Counted from the first letter of the stretch, positions 35,695 through 46,480 are shown. The stretch: 64,000 nt of DNA from Candidatus Poriferisocius sp. (GCF_965204015.1 NZ_OZ241965.1:567991-631990), one strand, 5' to 3'. Notes: generated from the sequence alone by a model not told the origin. Made by a program: numbers and translations.

Positions 35695-36552
35695 ATGAAG
35701 GTTGTGTCCTTCGGAAGCCTCAACTACGACCTGTCCATCTGGCTCGATCGGCTGCCCGGCCCCGACGAAACGCTGAAAGCCCAACGAATGGAGGCGTTCT
35801 CCGGAGGCAAAGGTGCTAACCAAGCCACGGCCGCGGCTCGACTGGGGGCCGAAACGCACATGGTGGGCTGCGTGGGCGACGACGACCGGGGCCGCTGGCT
35901 GCTTGACGTGCTAGACGACAGCGGCGTGGACACCGGACTCGTCCGCATCGTTGAGGAACCCACGGGCACGGCAGTGCCGCTCATCTCCCCAGCGGATGTC
36001 TCCATCGTCATCGTGGCCGGGGCCAACGCCAGCACGGGAGTGGCCGACGCGGTTGCCGCTGCGCAGGTGATCGCCGCGGCCGACGTGCTCCTCTTGCAAG
36101 GCGAGGTGGGCGCTGCGGGCGCCAGAAGGGCAGCCCAGGCCGCCCGATCGGGGGGCACCACCGTTGTGTTCAACCCGGCTCCTGTGGATCCTTTTCTCGT
36201 AGAGGCCGTCATACCGCTCACCGACGTCTTGGTGGTGAATAGGGCCGAGCAATCCCAGATTGATGCGATCGGCCCCGAAACCGGCCATTGCGACACCGTC
36301 GTCACTTTGGGCGGCCGAGGAGCCCAGGTCGACGATGTAGTGATTCCCTCCTACCCCGCGAAAGTGGTCGATCCCACCGGCGCGGGCGATGCCTTCTGCG
36401 GCGCCTTGGGTGTCGCCCTGGGCGAGGGACGCCCCCTTATCGAAGCCGTCCGCTTTGCCAACGCGGCCGGCTCTCTGGCGGTGGCCACGCCCGGCGCCCA
36501 GCCCTCCATGCCCACTCGAGCCGCGGTGGACGCTCTGCTCGCTATCCCTTGA
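35695..36552 (+). CDS. rbsK: Ribokinase / PfkB family sugar kinase
   Basis: GSLNYD, GGKGANQA, VNRAE, TLGGRG, DPTGAGDAF; substrate not provable from sequence. Confidence 0.82.
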   Translation: MKVVSFGSLNYDLSIWLDRLPGPDETLKAQRMEAFSGGKGANQATAAARLGAETHMVGCVGDDDRGRWLLDVLDDSGVDTGLVRIVEEPTGTAVPLISPADVSIVIVAGANASTGVADAVAAAQVIAAADVLLLQGEVGAAGARRAAQAARSGGTTVVFNPAPVDPFLVEAVIPLTDVLVVNRAEQSQIDAIGPETGHCDTVVTLGGRGAQVDDVVIPSYPAKVVDPTGAGDAFCGALGVALGEGRPLIEAVRFANAAGSLAVATPGAQPSMPTRAAVDALLAIP

Positions 36553-36579
36553 GGGCGGGATCAACCGGTGAGGACGCGG

Positions 36580-37689
36580 TCAGCCCCTGAGAGCGGGCAG
36601 GACGTGGGTGGCGGTGAGGCGGATGCTCTCCATCACCTTGTCGTGGGGGATGGCGTAAGGGTTCATCATGCACAAGAGCAGGTCGACGCCGAGATCAGCG
36701 AAGCCCTGGCAGAGCTCGATGCACTGGTCGGGATCGCCAGCGACGGCCACGCCCTGTTCCACCAAATCCTCGATGTTGAAGGTGGTGTCCCAGTCGGCGT
36801 CCGCGGTCATGCCGGGCAGATACCGCAGATAGTTCCAGTCGCCGAGTTCGGCCCCCTCTTCCTGGAGCATCTCGGCCACGCTGCCCACCAGCTTGAACGC
36901 CACGGTGGGGTACCACCAGAACGACTCCCGGGCGTTTTCGTAAGCCTCGGCGGTGGTGGGAGCGCAGTGGAACATGGCGAAGGTGGCCACCCGGTCGTTC
37001 ACGAACCCGCCCACCGGATTCTGGCAAGCCGCCACCGCCTCGCGATAAAGGTTGACCCGGAGCTCCAGTTCCTCGAGTGACACCCCGGCGCTGAACGACA
37101 GCAAGCCCATGCCCATCTCCCCCACTAGTTGGTGGGTTTCTCGGCTGCCCGTTGCCGCCCACATGGGGGGATGGGGCTTTTGCACCGGCTTGGGCAGCAC
37201 CCGGCGGCGGGGCATCGACCAGTGCTGGCCTTCGAATTCATACTCGTCGTTCGACCAGCAACCCGCGATGTGCCCAACCGCCTCGGCCCACATCGCCCGG
37301 GTCTCCCGGGGGTCGATCCCAAACCCCTCAAGTTCGGCCCGGGTCGTCGAGCGGCCGGTGCCGAACTCCACCCGCCCCCCGCTGACCAGATCCAGCGTGG
37401 CGGCCGACTCGGCACTGCGGACCGGATGGTTGTAGGGGTCAGGCGCCAAGCGCACGCCATAACCCAGCCGAATCTGCTCGGTGAGGGCGGCCACTGCTCC
37501 GTAGAGCACCTCAGGATTGGAGCTGTGCGACATCTCTTCCAAGAAGTGATGCTCGACCGTCCAGAAACTGTGATACCCAAGCTGGTCGGCCAGCACGGCC
37601 TGCTGGATCAGCTCTTGATAGCGAAGCTCTTCGCTGTCGTGGTGCCAGGGCCGGGGGACGGGGATCTCCGAGAAGAGAGCGAGCTCCAT
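36580..37689 (-). CDS. LLM-class (luciferase-like) flavin-dependent oxidoreductase
   Basis: WTVEHHF, SSNPEV, ATLDLVSGGRVEFGTGRS, PKPVQKPHPPMW. Confidence 0.92.
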   Translation of the reverse strand: MELALFSEIPVPRPWHHDSEELRYQELIQQAVLADQLGYHSFWTVEHHFLEEMSHSSNPEVLYGAVAALTEQIRLGYGVRLAPDPYNHPVRSAESAATLDLVSGGRVEFGTGRSTTRAELEGFGIDPRETRAMWAEAVGHIAGCWSNDEYEFEGQHWSMPRRRVLPKPVQKPHPPMWAATGSRETHQLVGEMGMGLLSFSAGVSLEELELRVNLYREAVAACQNPVGGFVNDRVATFAMFHCAPTTAEAYENARESFWWYPTVAFKLVGSVAEMLQEEGAELGDWNYLRYLPGMTADADWDTTFNIEDLVEQGVAVAGDPDQCIELCQGFADLGVDLLLCMMNPYAIPHDKVMESIRLTATHVLPALRG

Positions 37690-37694
37690 GTCGG

Positions 37695-38648
37695 CTAGCG
37701 GGATGGTTCCGCAGTCAAGATCTCCCGACTGAGGGCAACGTCAATGCGGAGTTGCTTCACCAGGGAATCGATGCCGTCGAAGCGGTGTTCGCTTCTCAGC
37801 AGCTCCACGAACTCAACCCTGGCCTCCTCGCCGTACAGATCTCCCTCGAAGTCGAGGAGATGCGCCTCCAACAGCGATTGCTGAGCGTGCTCATAGAACG
37901 TGGGTCGTCGGCCGATGTTGATGGCCGCCATGTGACGGGATCCGTCGGGACGGGTGTACCAGCCGGCGTACACCGCATCGGCGGGCCAGGCCATGACCAT
38001 AGAAACCGGGATGTTGGCGGTGGGGAACCCGATGGTCATCCCCCGCCGATCGCCCAAGACCACCTTGCCCCTGATCTCGTGGTAGCGCCCCAGCATGGCC
38101 GCCGCGGTGCGAACATCGCCACCGGCCAACGCTCGGCGCACCGCAGTGGAGGAAACCGGCTCGGGCCACTTCTCGTCATGGTGCAAAAGCGTCACCGCGT
38201 GGACGGCGAAGCCCATCTCCTGGCCGAAATCTCTCAAGGTGTCGATGTTCCCCAACCGAGCCCGCCCGAAGTGGAAGTCCTCCCCCACCACCACGCTTCG
38301 TACTTTCAACCGGTCCACAAAGACCTCGCGCACGAAGTCCTCAGGCAATGTGTGGGCCCGATCGGGGGAGAACTCAATCAGGTACACGTATTCGATGCCC
38401 GCCGCCTCGAGCAGCTCCAGCTTCTGATCGAGCGAGTTGAGCAGCTTGGGAGCGTTCTCGGGCCGCAAGACCAGCGCCGGATGGCGGTCGAACGTGACCA
38501 CGGCGGGCGCCACGCCCAGCCGTTCTGCCTCCGAAAGGAGTTGATGGATGACAGCCTGGTGCCCGACGTGGACACCGTCGTACACCCCGATGCTGGCTGC
38601 GGTCTCTTCACTGCCGTCTAGGCGGCCAAAGTCTTCGATGACCTGCAC
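37695..38648 (-). CDS. ribF: Bifunctional riboflavin kinase / FAD synthetase
   Basis: GVYDGVHVGH, TFDRHP, VGEDFHFG, SSTAVR, GFPTAN, NIGRRPTF, EAHLLDF. Confidence 0.96.
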   Translation of the reverse strand: MQVIEDFGRLDGSEETAASIGVYDGVHVGHQAVIHQLLSEAERLGVAPAVVTFDRHPALVLRPENAPKLLNSLDQKLELLEAAGIEYVYLIEFSPDRAHTLPEDFVREVFVDRLKVRSVVVGEDFHFGRARLGNIDTLRDFGQEMGFAVHAVTLLHHDEKWPEPVSSTAVRRALAGGDVRTAAAMLGRYHEIRGKVVLGDRRGMTIGFPTANIPVSMVMAWPADAVYAGWYTRPDGSRHMAAINIGRRPTFYEHAQQSLLEAHLLDFEGDLYGEEARVEFVELLRSEHRFDGIDSLVKQLRIDVALSREILTAEPSR

Positions 38649-38715
38649 CGGGTTGCACGGTAGCGGCCACAGCCTCGAACTGGACAATCCCGGTCGGCCC
38701 GACGTCGCCAGCGAA

Positions 38716-39588
38716 CTACCAGGGGATGACCACCGCCGGTTTGACCAGGCCGGGCGTATGGGGCTCATAGACGGCTAAGAGCTGGCCCTGGGACCCAAGC
38801 ACCGCCCATGGGCCGTTGTTCTCCACGCTCAGGTCTTCGGCCGCCATCACCTGTCCGCTTCCCACCCTTCGCTCAATCGACTCGTCCACCGACACCGCGG
38901 CGTAGTCGCGAAGGGCCTCGGCCATCGGCAACAGCGCGGGAGAGGTAACCGGTCGGGCCTCGTCGATCGAAAACGAGCCGATGGCCAAGCGGCGCAAAGC
39001 CCGCAAGTGCCCTCCTCCCCCCAGAGCTGTGCCGATATCAGCGGCCAGCGAGCGGATATATGTCCCCGAGGAGCAGCTCACCTCGATCCGGTAAGTCCCG
39101 GCGTCGGGGTCCACCGGCCCGACTTTCAGCTCATGGACGGTGACCGGGCGGGGTTCCCGCTCCACCTCCACCCCCTCGCGGGCCAACTCGTGCAGACGGC
39201 GTCCACCCACCTTCACGGCCGACACCATCGGCGGAACCTGCATGATGTCGCCCACAAACCCGGAGGCGGCTTCAGCCACCTGCTCTGGGGTGACTGCGGA
39301 CATGTCGAACACCCCGGTGACCTCTCCGGCCGCATCCAGCGTGGTGGTCTCGGTGCCCAGCACTAGCTCGCCCACATATTTCTTGGGCAGCGGAGTGAGA
39401 AACCGCAGCAGCCGGGTGGCCCGTCCCACCCCCAAGATCAACACCCCGGTTGCGTCGGGGTCGAGGGTCCCGGCGTGGCCCACCTTGCGGGTGCCGAAGA
39501 CTCCCCGGGCCTTGGCCACCACATCGTGGGAAGTCCACCCCGCTTCTTTGTCGATGACCGCCAGCCCGTCGACAGAACTCCTGCTCAT
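38716..39588 (-). CDS. truB: tRNA pseudouridine(55) synthase
   Basis: DKEAGWTSHDVV, KVGHAGTLDPDATGVL, QVPPMVSAVK, SSGTYIRSLA. Confidence 0.97.
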   Translation of the reverse strand: MSRSSVDGLAVIDKEAGWTSHDVVAKARGVFGTRKVGHAGTLDPDATGVLILGVGRATRLLRFLTPLPKKYVGELVLGTETTTLDAAGEVTGVFDMSAVTPEQVAEAASGFVGDIMQVPPMVSAVKVGGRRLHELAREGVEVEREPRPVTVHELKVGPVDPDAGTYRIEVSCSSGTYIRSLAADIGTALGGGGHLRALRRLAIGSFSIDEARPVTSPALLPMAEALRDYAAVSVDESIERRVGSGQVMAAEDLSVENNGPWAVLGSQGQLLAVYEPHTPGLVKPAVVIPW

Positions 39589-39622
39589 TGATCGAAGACC
39601 GCCAGCCCGTCGGCCTGAATCA

Positions 39623-39994
39623 CTATTCGTCCTCGTCGGCCAGATCACGCAAGATCTGATCAACCCGCTCACCGGCTGAAATGGAGGGATCGAGGGCGAA
39701 CACAAGATCGGGCACCCGTCGAACCGCCGAGGAGCGGGCCACCGCCTGCTTGAGTTGGAGTCGGTGCTCTTCCAAAGCCTCCAACGCGGCCGGTGCTTCC
39801 TCGGCGTCCAACGCGCTCACGTACACCGTGGCCCGGCTCAGCTCGGCGCTGGTCTCCACCCCGGTGACGCTGACCAGGTCCAACCGCTCGTCATCCAAAT
39901 GGGCCAACTCGGAGGCCAAGATCTCTCTCAGCAGCTCGCCGAGCCGAGCTGACCGTGAGTAGTGGGTGGGGCGGGACGCCCGGCGGCGAGCCAT
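39623..39994 (-). CDS. rbfA: Ribosome-binding factor A
   Basis: RLGELLREI..VSVTGVETSAELSRATVYV..RRVPDLVF.LD. Confidence 0.93.
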   Translation of the reverse strand: MARRRASRPTHYSRSARLGELLREILASELAHLDDERLDLVSVTGVETSAELSRATVYVSALDAEEAPAALEALEEHRLQLKQAVARSSAVRRVPDLVFALDPSISAGERVDQILRDLADEDE

Positions 39995-39996
39995 GC

Positions 39997-40290
39997 CTAT
40001 TCCTCGGTGTTGAGCCAGTGCGAAGAGGAGCCCACCACCTCGATCTCGGGCATCGACCACATATACCGGTCCACCTCATCGGCCAGGGTCCGACACTGGC
40101 CAGGCTGGCCCGACACCACTGCCACGCCCACCTCGGCTCTCTGCCATAGATCGTTGTGGCCGGTCTCTGCCACCGAGACTCCGAATCGATGGGCTAGACC
40201 CGATAGCACCGGCTTCAGTGCCGAGCGGCGCTCCTTCAGCGACTGACAACCCGGGATGTGCAAGTCATAGACCACGGCGAGAACGTGCAT
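39997..40290 (-). CDS. DUF503 (YlxP-like) protein
   Basis: DLHIPGCQSLKERRS..VSVAETGHNDLWQRAEVG; canonical infB-DUF503-rbfA position. Confidence 0.92.
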   Translation of the reverse strand: MHVLAVVYDLHIPGCQSLKERRSALKPVLSGLAHRFGVSVAETGHNDLWQRAEVGVAVVSGQPGQCRTLADEVDRYMWSMPEIEVVGSSSHWLNTEE

Positions 40291-40298
40291 CAGCCTGA

Positions 40299-43046
40299 TC
40301 AGACTCGAGCGACTTCCCGCTCCTCAAAGGTCTCGATGATGTCGCCCTGTTTGAGATCTTGGAAGTCGGACAGACCGATACCGCACTCGTAACCAGACTG
40401 CACTTCGCGCACATCATCCTTGAAGCGCTTGAGAGACGACACCGTGCCTCGCCAGATGACGGCGCCATCCCGCAAGAACCGGACTTTGGAGCCCCGGGTG
40501 ATGGCTCCGTTGAGCACGTAGCAACCGGCCACAGCCCCCACCCGGGGGATTCGGAACACCTCTCGCACCTCGGCATCGCCGGTGACAACCTCGGTGAACT
40601 CCGGAGCCAGCATGCCCACCATGGCGTTCTCCACGTCCTCGATCAGGTTGTAGATGATCTCATAGGTGCGGATTTCCACCTTCTCCAGTTCGGCCAGCTC
40701 TCGGGCCTTGCGATCAGGTCGGACATTGAAGCCGATGATGGTGGCATTGGAGGCGGCGGCCAGCTGGATGTCGTTGGCGGTCACCCCGCCCACTCCTCGA
40801 TGGACGAAGGCCAGCTTCACCTCTTCGCGCCCCAAACGCTGGAGGCTGTCCACCACCGCCTCGAGTGACCCGTTCACGTCGGCCTTGACGATGAGGTTCA
40901 ACGTGGCGGTTTGGCCGGCCTGGATCTGGCTGAAGATGTCTTCCAAGCGCGCCCCGCCTGCGGTGGCCGCGGCATCCCGGCCCAGGCTGGCAATCCGCTG
41001 GGAATGCTCCCGCGTCTGGGCAACCTTGGCCGCCACCTTCTCGTTGGGTGCTACAACGAAGGCATCACCGGCATTGGCCACGTCGGACAGCCCCAGTACC
41101 TGTACCGGTTTCGATGGATTGGCCTCCAAGATCTGGTTGCCCCGATCATCGAGCAATGCCCTGACACGACCCCAAGAGGCACCGGCAACCACTGGATCCC
41201 CTCGCTTGAGGGTGCCCTGCTGAACCAAGAGGGTGGCTACCGGGCCCCGGCCAATGTCCAAATTGGACTCCAGGACCACACCCCGGGCCCGCCCCTCCGA
41301 GTCGGCCCGCAGATCCTCCACTTCGGCCACCACCGCAAGCTGCTCGAGCAAATCGTCGATACCCAGGTTCTGGAGGGCGGAGACCTCCACCATGATGGTG
41401 TCGCCCCCCCACTGCTCAGGCACCAGCTCATGCTCGGAAAGCTGCTGCATGGCCCGATTGGGATCGGCATTGTTGCGGTCGATCTTGTTGACCGCAACCA
41501 CGATGGGCACTTCGGCGGCCCGGGCGTGATTGATGGCCTCCAGGGTCTGGGGCATCACCCCGTCATCGGCCGCCACCACCAGAATCACAATGTCGGTGGC
41601 ATCGGCACCCCGAGCCCGCATCGCGGTGAACGCCGCGTGGCCTGGCGTATCGATAAAGGTCAGGAGCCGGCCATCTTTCTCAACCTGGTAAGCCCCGATG
41701 TGCTGGGTTATGCCCCCAGCCTCGCCCTCGGCCACATTGGCGCTGCGGATCTGATCCAACAGCTTGGTCTTCCCGTGGTCAACATGTCCCATAACGGTGA
41801 TGACCGGTGGCCGGACCGGGTAATCCTCTTCGAGATCGTCTTCTTCGAGGTCGGCCTCAAGCAGCTTGAGCAGCTCGTTCTCCTGTTCTTCACCAGGATC
41901 CACCAAGCGGATTTCGGCACCGATCTCCGCCGCAAAGAGCTCGATCATGTCGTCGGTGAGCGATTGCGTAGCCGTGACCATCTCGCCTTGCTGCATGAGA
42001 AACCGGACCACATCGGCGGCCGTCTGGTTCAACTTGGGCCCCACTTCCAACGGTGTGGAAGATCGCTCGATCACCACCACCCCAGTGGGCGCAGCCGCAT
42101 CCGTTGGGGTGTAGTCCGGGATATTCATGGGCTGGAGGTCTTCGGCCACCCGGCGACGACGCCGACTCTTGCGACGCCTCTGCTGAGGACGCTGAGGACC
42201 GCCCCGACCTCGCCCTCCCGGGCCTCCAGCACCGCTGGGAGGAGCACCTAGTGCACCGGCGGGGCCGCGTGTTCCTATTGGTGCAGGAGGTCGGCCCGGT
42301 GCACTCGTGCTTGGCCCCTGAGAACCACCCGCTGGTCGGACCGGACCGCGAGGACCTCTACGAGGACTGGGGGCCGGGCCCCGACCACCCCGCCCAGGGG
42401 GCGGCGGAATGGGCTTGCCCGAAGAAGAGACCGGTGGCTGGCCCGGAGGGGGTGGAATGGGCTTGCCCGAGGGGGAGAGCGGCGGACTGGTGGGGGGGGC
42501 AGAAGCGGCCGGCATCTCGGCTGCGGGCATCTCGGCCGCGGGCGCCTCGGCGGCGGGCGTCTCGGCCGCGGGTCGTGGTGCTGGCCGGGGTGGCGCTGGG
42601 GGGGCCTCGGGCATTGAAGGCTCTGACGGAGGCGCAACGGGGCGAGGCCGAGGGTGCATCCCCCCACTGGAGGTCACCACTCGTGCCGGTTTCGGCTCGG
42701 GCTCGGGTTCAGGCTCCTCCGCAACCGGCTCCGGCTCAGGCTCAGGCTCGGGCTCCTCCGCAACCGGCTCCGGCTCAGGCTCAGGCTCGGGCTCCTCCGC
42801 AACCGGCTCCGGCTCAGGCTCAGGCTCGGGCTCCTCCGCAACCGGCTCCGGCTCGGGCTCAGGCTCGGGAGGGCGAATCAGGCCGTCACGATGGGCCCGC
42901 CGGCGGACGCGGTCCGCCTGAGCATCCACGATGCTCGATGAGTGGCTGTTGACGCCGATCCCCAACTGCACACAGAGATCAAGCGTTTCCTTGTTCGTGA
43001 GGCCGAGCTCACGAGCAAGCTCGTAAACCCGAATTTTTGCCGGCAA
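40299..43046 (-). CDS. infB: Translation initiation factor IF-2
   Basis: [38 protein letters not shown]; TTG start inferred. Confidence 0.98.
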   Translation of the reverse strand: MPAKIRVYELARELGLTNKETLDLCVQLGIGVNSHSSSIVDAQADRVRRRAHRDGLIRPPEPEPEPEPVAEEPEPEPEPEPVAEEPEPEPEPEPVAEEPEPEPEPEPVAEEPEPEPEPKPARVVTSSGGMHPRPRPVAPPSEPSMPEAPPAPPRPAPRPAAETPAAEAPAAEMPAAEMPAASAPPTSPPLSPSGKPIPPPPGQPPVSSSGKPIPPPPGRGGRGPAPSPRRGPRGPVRPAGGSQGPSTSAPGRPPAPIGTRGPAGALGAPPSGAGGPGGRGRGGPQRPQQRRRKSRRRRRVAEDLQPMNIPDYTPTDAAAPTGVVVIERSSTPLEVGPKLNQTAADVVRFLMQQGEMVTATQSLTDDMIELFAAEIGAEIRLVDPGEEQENELLKLLEADLEEDDLEEDYPVRPPVITVMGHVDHGKTKLLDQIRSANVAEGEAGGITQHIGAYQVEKDGRLLTFIDTPGHAAFTAMRARGADATDIVILVVAADDGVMPQTLEAINHARAAEVPIVVAVNKIDRNNADPNRAMQQLSEHELVPEQWGGDTIMVEVSALQNLGIDDLLEQLAVVAEVEDLRADSEGRARGVVLESNLDIGRGPVATLLVQQGTLKRGDPVVAGASWGRVRALLDDRGNQILEANPSKPVQVLGLSDVANAGDAFVVAPNEKVAAKVAQTREHSQRIASLGRDAAATAGGARLEDIFSQIQAGQTATLNLIVKADVNGSLEAVVDSLQRLGREEVKLAFVHRGVGGVTANDIQLAAASNATIIGFNVRPDRKARELAELEKVEIRTYEIIYNLIEDVENAMVGMLAPEFTEVVTGDAEVREVFRIPRVGAVAGCYVLNGAITRGSKVRFLRDGAVIWRGTVSSLKRFKDDVREVQSGYECGIGLSDFQDLKQGDIIETFEEREVARV
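42695..42870 (-). repeat. 39-bp in-frame tandem repeat ([13 protein letters not shown], about 4 copies) in IF-2 N-terminus
   Basis: GGCTCCTCCGCAACCGGCTCCGGCTCAGGCTCAGGCTCG repeated. Confidence 0.92.
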
Positions 43047-43218
43047 AAAGCTCTTTCTTGGTCTGTCCGCGAAGCGCGGCCAACCCATTTGGGTCGGATT
43101 TTCATTTTCTCACGCCCAGCCATCAGATTTCGAAGTCAATCCAAGGCATGGGCAACTACTTCAGAGAAGGCGAATGATCTGGCGCCCCTCCACCTCCTCA
43201 AGCGGAGCGCCCTCGTGG

Positions 43219-44385
43219 CTACTGCTCCGGGGAAGGAACGCTCTCCGGAGCCTCCTCCACCTCCTCAGCCGGGGCTATTTCGCTGCCTTCCGCAGCCCAC
43301 TCCTCGGCCGATAGCTCGGGGCCCCCCTCGGCGGGTCGCCACACTTGCTCACCAGTTGCCTCGTCTACCACCCATTCGCCCTCAGCCCACTCCATTTCCT
43401 CGTAAGCGGCTTCTTGGGCCAACTGGGTCTCGCTCTTGATGTCGATCCGCCACCCGGTCAGCCGAGCGGAAAGCCGGGCATTCTGACCTTCTTTGCCGAT
43501 GGCCAGCGAAAGCTGATAGTCGGGCACCACCACCTCGGCCACACCGGTTTCCTCATCGATGTTGACCTCTTTGATCTTGGCCGGAGACAGCGCCTTGGCC
43601 ACAAAGTCAGCCGGGTCGTCGGCGAAGGGAACGATGTCGATCTTCTCCCCCCGAAGCTCGTTGACCACCATGCGCACTCGAGCACCCCGAGCACCCACAC
43701 AAGCTCCCACCGGGTCCACATTCGAATCGTTGGACGACACTGCGATTTTGGTGCGATGACCCGGCTCCCGAGCACAGGCTTTGATCTCCACCACACCATC
43801 GGCAATCTCGGGCACTTCCAACTCGAACAGCCGCCTGATCAGTCCGGGATGGGTGCGGCTGACCACAATCTGGGGTCCCTTGGCCGTCTTCCGCACCTCC
43901 ACGATGTAGGCCTTGAGCCGGCTGTTGGCATCCGGACGCTCGAAGGGCACCTGCTCAGCTTGGGGCAAAAGGGCCTCTACCCGTCCCAAGTCCAACAGGG
44001 TGTAGCGGGCATCGTTCTGCTGGATGATTCCGGTGACGATGTCGCCCTCCCGGCCGGCGTACTCCTCGTATTTCAGCTCCCGCTCCACCTCGCGGATCCG
44101 CTGCATCATGACCTGTTTGGCTGTCTGCGCGGCGATGCGGCCAAAGCCATCCGGCGTGACGTCGAACGGCTCCCCCACCGGCTCCCCGTACTCATCCAGC
44201 TTCTGGGCGAACACCTGGATGTCGGCGGTCTCGGGATTGATGGTGACCCAGGCGTATTCCTCGCTGTTGGGCATCCGCTTGTAGGCCGACTCAAGGGCGT
44301 CGGCCAGCGCGGCCAGCAGAGCATCCACGGAGATGCCTTTGTCGGCGGCCAGCGCTTGGAGGGCTTCTAACATGTCAGGGTTCAT
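43219..44385 (-). CDS. nusA: Transcription termination/antitermination factor NusA
   Basis: FGRIAAQTAKQV, SRTHPGL, AREPGHRTKIAV, GACVG, LSLAIGKEGQNARL; ATGA overlap with rimP stop. Confidence 0.98.
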   Translation of the reverse strand: MNPDMLEALQALAADKGISVDALLAALADALESAYKRMPNSEEYAWVTINPETADIQVFAQKLDEYGEPVGEPFDVTPDGFGRIAAQTAKQVMMQRIREVERELKYEEYAGREGDIVTGIIQQNDARYTLLDLGRVEALLPQAEQVPFERPDANSRLKAYIVEVRKTAKGPQIVVSRTHPGLIRRLFELEVPEIADGVVEIKACAREPGHRTKIAVSSNDSNVDPVGACVGARGARVRMVVNELRGEKIDIVPFADDPADFVAKALSPAKIKEVNIDEETGVAEVVVPDYQLSLAIGKEGQNARLSARLTGWRIDIKSETQLAQEAAYEEMEWAEGEWVVDEATGEQVWRPAEGGPELSAEEWAAEGSEIAPAEEVEEAPESVPSPEQ

Positions 44386-44864
44386 CGGCTGCTCTTCTCC
44401 TTCAGTTTCTTCTCCGCCATCGGACCCCACTCAAAAACGGTCTTGGCCTTGCCAATATCGCCATAGGCCACTCGACGGGGAGCCCCGTCTTGGTCGACGG
44501 TTACCCCGTCGTCGTCGCTGTCCATCAGCACACCCTGGATCCGGCGCACGCCATCGATGTGGGGCCCGAGTTTGATGCTCACCGTCTCACCCACGGCCCG
44601 GGCGTAGTGCTCGGGCCGGCGCAGCGGGCGTTCCAAGCCCGGACTGGAGATCTCCAGGGTGTATCGGCCCTGGATCAGGTCCTGATCGTCCAGCAAGCGG
44701 CCGGCCACCTTGGAGACGTCGGCCACCTCGTCCAAGCTGACCCCGCCCGGCTTGTCCACGATGATGCGCAGCATCCCGCCGCCGTACGTCAGGTCGTATA
44801 CCTCCAAGCCCCTCCCCTGGAAAACAGGGGCAAGCAAGCCGTGCACGTCGTCTGCCACTGACAT
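44382..44864 (-). CDS. rimP: Ribosome maturation factor RimP
   Basis: LRIIVDKPGGVSLD..YTLEISSPGLERPL. Confidence 0.95.
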   Translation of the reverse strand: MSVADDVHGLLAPVFQGRGLEVYDLTYGGGMLRIIVDKPGGVSLDEVADVSKVAGRLLDDQDLIQGRYTLEISSPGLERPLRRPEHYARAVGETVSIKLGPHIDGVRRIQGVLMDSDDDGVTVDQDGAPRRVAYGDIGKAKTVFEWGPMAEKKLKEKSSR

Positions 44865-44924
44865 CTTGCTCACCCCTTTCCCAGGCTGGCGCTGGACCGT
44901 TTCTTGTCGCCCCCCAAAGTCAGA

Positions 44925-44948
44925 AGGCGTGGGCCCCAGCCCACGCCT
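44925..44948 (-). promoter_or_regulatory. rimP leader hairpin (GTGGG/CCCAC stem typical of rimP-nusA-infB leaders)
   Basis: AGGCGTGGG-N6-CCCACGCCT, downstream of a TAAGCT -10 candidate. Confidence 0.6.
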
Positions 44949-45029
44949 CACCCGGCAAAAGAGATCGACGATATGTCTCCAAGCTTACCCGGTTGAAGCC
45001 GCTATGTCGTTACAGAGACGAAGCGTTTC

Positions 45030-46478
45030 TCAGTAGCTGCGGCCGCAGACAGCGATCAGATCGGACTCCTCGCCGCTCTGGGGCAGGGATCCGTCGGGAC
45101 GCTGCAAACACCGCACGGTGACCGCTTCTTCGGCGAGCGTGGCCTCGCCCTCCGGGCCGAGTTTCGCCCACGGAATGCGAGCAAATCCGGTGGCTGCCGC
45201 CTCCCGCACCTCGGCCACGGTGGCTGCATCGACGATCTGCGAGTCCCGCCAAGCGGTGGCGCCCGCCAGAATTCGCTCTTGAACGTCGTCCAGCAGCGAT
45301 TCCACCTGCTTGGGCGCCCCCGAGAGGCCGACCGTCTGCTTTGCGGCCTGCCCATTGCCCTGCCTTTCACCCTGCTTTTCGTCGCCAATCCGGGAGACCA
45401 GGGTGGCCTGATCCTGCTCGAGGTCCCGCGGTCCGATCTCCACCCGGACGGGCACGCCCTTCAGCTCCCAATCGGTGGCTCTGCGGCCGAACCCGGTCCC
45501 CGTCCGGTCGTCCACCTTGGCCCGAACTCCGGCCGCGGTGAGCGCTTCGGCCAGCTTGTGGCAGGCATCCACAACCCCGTCGGCCTCGCGAACCGCGATA
45601 ACTGCGACCTGTATGGGCGCCAATCGGGGCGGAACCACCAAACCCTGGTCGTCGCCGTGGGCCATGATCAGCCCGCCCACCATGCGAGACGACACCCCCC
45701 AGGAGGTCTGCCACACATGGGCCTGGTTTCCCTCGGCATCCAGGTAGGTGATGTCGAACATGGTGGCGAAGCTCTGGCCCAGCTCGTGGGATGTCCCCAT
45801 CTGGAGGGCCTTGCCGTCGCGCATCATCCCTTCGAGGCACATGGAGTTGATGGCCCCGGGGAACCGCTCGGCCTCGGTCTTGTACCCGATGAGCACCGGG
45901 ATGGCCAGCACCGACTCCATGAAGTCTCGATACACTTCGTGGAGGATCATGGCGGCGTAGTCGCGGGCTTCTTGGCGGGTGGCGTGGGCGGTGTGCCCCT
46001 CCTGCCACAAAAACTCGGTGGTCCGCAGGAATATCCGGGGGCGCATCTCCCAGCGGACCACGTTGGCCCATTGGTTGATCAGCAGCGGCAGGTCGCGATG
46101 GCTCTGCACCCATTTGGAGAAGTAGGCGTTGATGATGGTCTCGCTGGTCGGACGCACCACTACCGGTTCGGCCAGTTCTCGGCCCCCACCCTGGGTGACC
46201 ACGGCCAACTCGGGGCTGAAGCCCTCCACGTGGTCGGACTCCCGGTTCAAGTAGCTCTCGGGAATAAAGAGCGGAAAGTAGGCATTGTCGGCCCCGGCCG
46301 CCTTGATGCGCTGATCCACTTCAGCTTGCATGCGCTCCCAAAGGGCATAGCCGTAGGGGCGGATCACCATGGTCCCCCGCACCGGTCCGTTGTCGGCCAA
46401 TTCTGCTTTGTTGAGAATGTCCTGGTACCAGCGGGGGAAGTCCTCGTGCTGCGGGGTGAGCACCCCTTGTTTGGCCAT
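45030..46478 (-). CDS. proS: Proline--tRNA ligase, archaeal/eukaryote-like type
   Basis: WYQDIL.KAELAD.GPVRGTMVIRPYG, FSPEL, RPTSET, QWANVVRWE, FLWQEGHT, LQMGTSH, C-terminal RSY. Confidence 0.96.
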   Translation of the reverse strand: MAKQGVLTPQHEDFPRWYQDILNKAELADNGPVRGTMVIRPYGYALWERMQAEVDQRIKAAGADNAYFPLFIPESYLNRESDHVEGFSPELAVVTQGGGRELAEPVVVRPTSETIINAYFSKWVQSHRDLPLLINQWANVVRWEMRPRIFLRTTEFLWQEGHTAHATRQEARDYAAMILHEVYRDFMESVLAIPVLIGYKTEAERFPGAINSMCLEGMMRDGKALQMGTSHELGQSFATMFDITYLDAEGNQAHVWQTSWGVSSRMVGGLIMAHGDDQGLVVPPRLAPIQVAVIAVREADGVVDACHKLAEALTAAGVRAKVDDRTGTGFGRRATDWELKGVPVRVEIGPRDLEQDQATLVSRIGDEKQGERQGNGQAAKQTVGLSGAPKQVESLLDDVQERILAGATAWRDSQIVDAATVAEVREAAATGFARIPWAKLGPEGEATLAEEAVTVRCLQRPDGSLPQSGEESDLIAVCGRSY

Positions 46479-46480
46479 CC

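Noticed and set aside
43034-43049. 16-bp palindrome TTTTTGCCGGCAAAAA over the inferred infB TTG start
   Set aside because: Single occurrence and a weak A/T stem; no supporting evidence of function
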